DNA of 16,613 nucleotides from Phycisphaerae bacterium (GTDB lineage Bacteria > Planctomycetota > Phycisphaerae > SM23-33): contig JAWLCQ010000100.1 in NCBI GenBank assembly GCA_041687095.1, forward strand, positions 1 through 16,613, written 5' to 3'. This document shows positions 15,446-16,613 of this stretch, piece by piece. The notes below the pieces were generated by a model. The model was not told the DNA's origin and searched no databases. It saw nothing but the letters and a program-made list of their open reading frames with translations. The position numbers and the translations under genes were made by a program. Within the stretch, counting starts at the first letter, position 1, and the number at the start of each line of letters is the position of its first letter.

Positions 15446-15570
15446 TGAGCCTGGAGAAGACGAAGCTTCGCGTTCGCGGACAGCAGCGCGAAGTACCGAT
15501 ACGAACGGCAGATGTCAACCCTGTCCCCGGCCGCACGCTGTTTGCGGTCCGGGGGCATCAGGATCGCAGT

Positions 15571-16248
15571 ATGGGATTCATTGATAGACTCAAGCGAATC
15601 ACCCTCGGACGGGTGGAGGCGTTCCTGGCCGCCCAGGAGACCCCCGAAACCGTCCTGCCCCAACTCGTCGAGGAGCTGGCCGCCAAGGTCCGCCAATCCG
15701 CCGATGCCGAGGCCAAGGCCCTCACCGCCGTCAAGGCCGCCCAGCGCCGCTGCGATGAGGCCCGCGGGCGGTCCCAGCGGATGGGCCAGGGGGCCCACTT
15801 GGCGCTGCAGGCGGGGGACCCCGACCTCGCCCGCCGCGCCCTCGCCGCCCAACTCGACGCCGAACGCGAACTCGACGCCCACCTCCCCCCCCTCGCCGCC
15901 GCCGAGTCCGCCCTGGAGTCGGCGAGGGCGGCGAGGCGGCAGTTGGGCGAGACGCTCGAGCAGGTGAAGGCGCGGCGGGACGAGCTGATCGCCCGCGCCA
16001 AGGCCGCCCGCGCCCGCCAGACCGCCCCCCCCCAGCGTGGATCCATCCTCGACGCCGTCGCCCGCATGGAGGAGAAGGTCGGACACGCCGAGGCCCACGC
16101 CGACGCCCGCGACGAAGTCGCCCGCACACTGGGCCCCGACGTGGTCGAACGCGACCTCGAAGAACTCCGCCGCAACGCCGAAGTCGAACGCCGCCTCCAG
16201 GAACTCAAGGCCCGCCTCGGTGGGCAGGGGCAGGGGGAGCAGGCGTAG
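15571..16248 (+). CDS. PspA/IM30/Vipp1 family protein, paralog 3 (225 aa). Closely related to paralog 1.
   Basis: MGFIDRLKRITLGRVEAFLAAQETPETVLPQLVEELAAKV... parallels paralog 1 (MGLFARLHRITVGRVEAFLARAEDPEIIFPQLVREMEDQL). ATG 15571 was chosen over the ORF-track start 15445, whose N-terminal extension is not PspA-like. Confidence 0.85.
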   Translation: MGFIDRLKRITLGRVEAFLAAQETPETVLPQLVEELAAKVRQSADAEAKALTAVKAAQRRCDEARGRSQRMGQGAHLALQAGDPDLARRALAAQLDAERELDAHLPPLAAAESALESARAARRQLGETLEQVKARRDELIARAKAARARQTAPPQRGSILDAVARMEEKVGHAEAHADARDEVARTLGPDVVERDLEELRRNAEVERRLQELKARLGGQGQGEQA

Positions 16249-16306
16249 GGCCTCACCGGCGGATCGCAACGGACGCCAAAGGGCAAGCCACTGCTGACCC
16301 GTCCCG

Positions 16307-16446
16307 CGCGCCTGCGCCAGCGCGTCTGCGGCGGCGCGTCTGCGGCGGCGCGTCTGCGGCGGCGCGTTTGCGGCGGCGCGTTTGCGGCGGCGCGTCTGCG
16401 GCGGCGCGTTTGCGGCGGCGCATCTGCGGCAAGGCGTCTGCTGCGG
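16307..16446. repeat. About 9-10 tandem copies of a 14-bp unit cgcg(t/c)ttgcggcgg immediately 3' of pspA3. A GGGGGTC-tccc-GACCCCC hairpin follows at 16445-16462.
   Basis: Units were counted directly (16321-16432 are near-perfect, with degenerate copies at both ends). 14 is not a multiple of 3. Confidence 0.8.
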
Positions 16447-16613
16447 GGGTCTCCCGACCCCCCACCTCCTGCGCCGGGGGTCTCCTGACCTCGTTGTTCT
16501 ACACATCTCGGCCTCGCGGGGCGGCAGGGACCCGATTCCGGGCGTCGGTCCGACAGCCCCGACAGGGGCGCGGGACAGTAGCCGGGGGTGGAGCGCAGCG
16601 GAACCCCCGGAAG

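Noticed and set aside
15045-16506. ORFs translating the 38-bp and 14-bp tandem repeats (15045-15584 +, 15072-15536 -, 15373-16506 -, 14339-15421 -)
   Set aside because: The repeat unit lengths of 38 and 14 are not multiples of 3, so the peptide periodicity is an artefact. The regions are non-coding repeat arrays.

Overview
This is a high-GC (about 70%) bacterial chromosomal segment. Almost all long ORFs have antisense or alternate-frame shadow ORFs, so I called genes from recognisable protein motifs, start-codon context and gene-to-gene spacing rather than ORF length. Minus-strand genes on the left are a cation-diffusion-facilitator (CDF) metal exporter (572-1558), a small Cys/His-rich protein coupled to it by an ATGA overlap (1555-1926), a B12-binding radical SAM enzyme (1992-3314) and a small 4-TM membrane protein (3318-3725). 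A divergent intergenic region with a perfect 19-bp inverted repeat follows, then a hicB-hicA toxin-antitoxin pair (4087-4465) in which hicA looks frameshifted at its fifth codon. The right two thirds (4732-16248) is a co-directional cluster I regard as the most interesting content. It holds three PspA/IM30/Vipp1 (ESCRT-III-like) paralogs at 4732-5460, 5997-6668 and 15571-16248, and an NfeD-like membrane protein (6682-7362) translationally coupled to a YqiK-type flotillin/SPFH protein (7359-9425). It also holds a 1793-aa protein (9663-15044) with one MoxR/AAA_5-type AAA+ ATPase module in its C-terminal third. This ESCRT-III-like + SPFH/NfeD + giant AAA+ ATPase arrangement resembles a membrane-remodelling machine and is, to my knowledge, not a described system. 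The intergenic regions of the cluster are unusually rich in structured repeats. There are arrays of a 7-bp unit (GCTGATN) in direct and inverted orientation around pspA1 and pspA2. A roughly 190-bp AT-rich element with 57-nt heptamer-periodic inverted arms sits immediately upstream of the giant gene. Four perfect 38-bp tandem hairpin units follow the giant gene, and a 14-bp x9 tandem repeat follows pspA3. A family of short GC-clamp hairpins (CCnCCGAC-loop-GTCGGnGG) is scattered through the window. No rRNA, tRNA or confident CRISPR array was seen. Hand-derived coordinates may be off by 1-2 nt.
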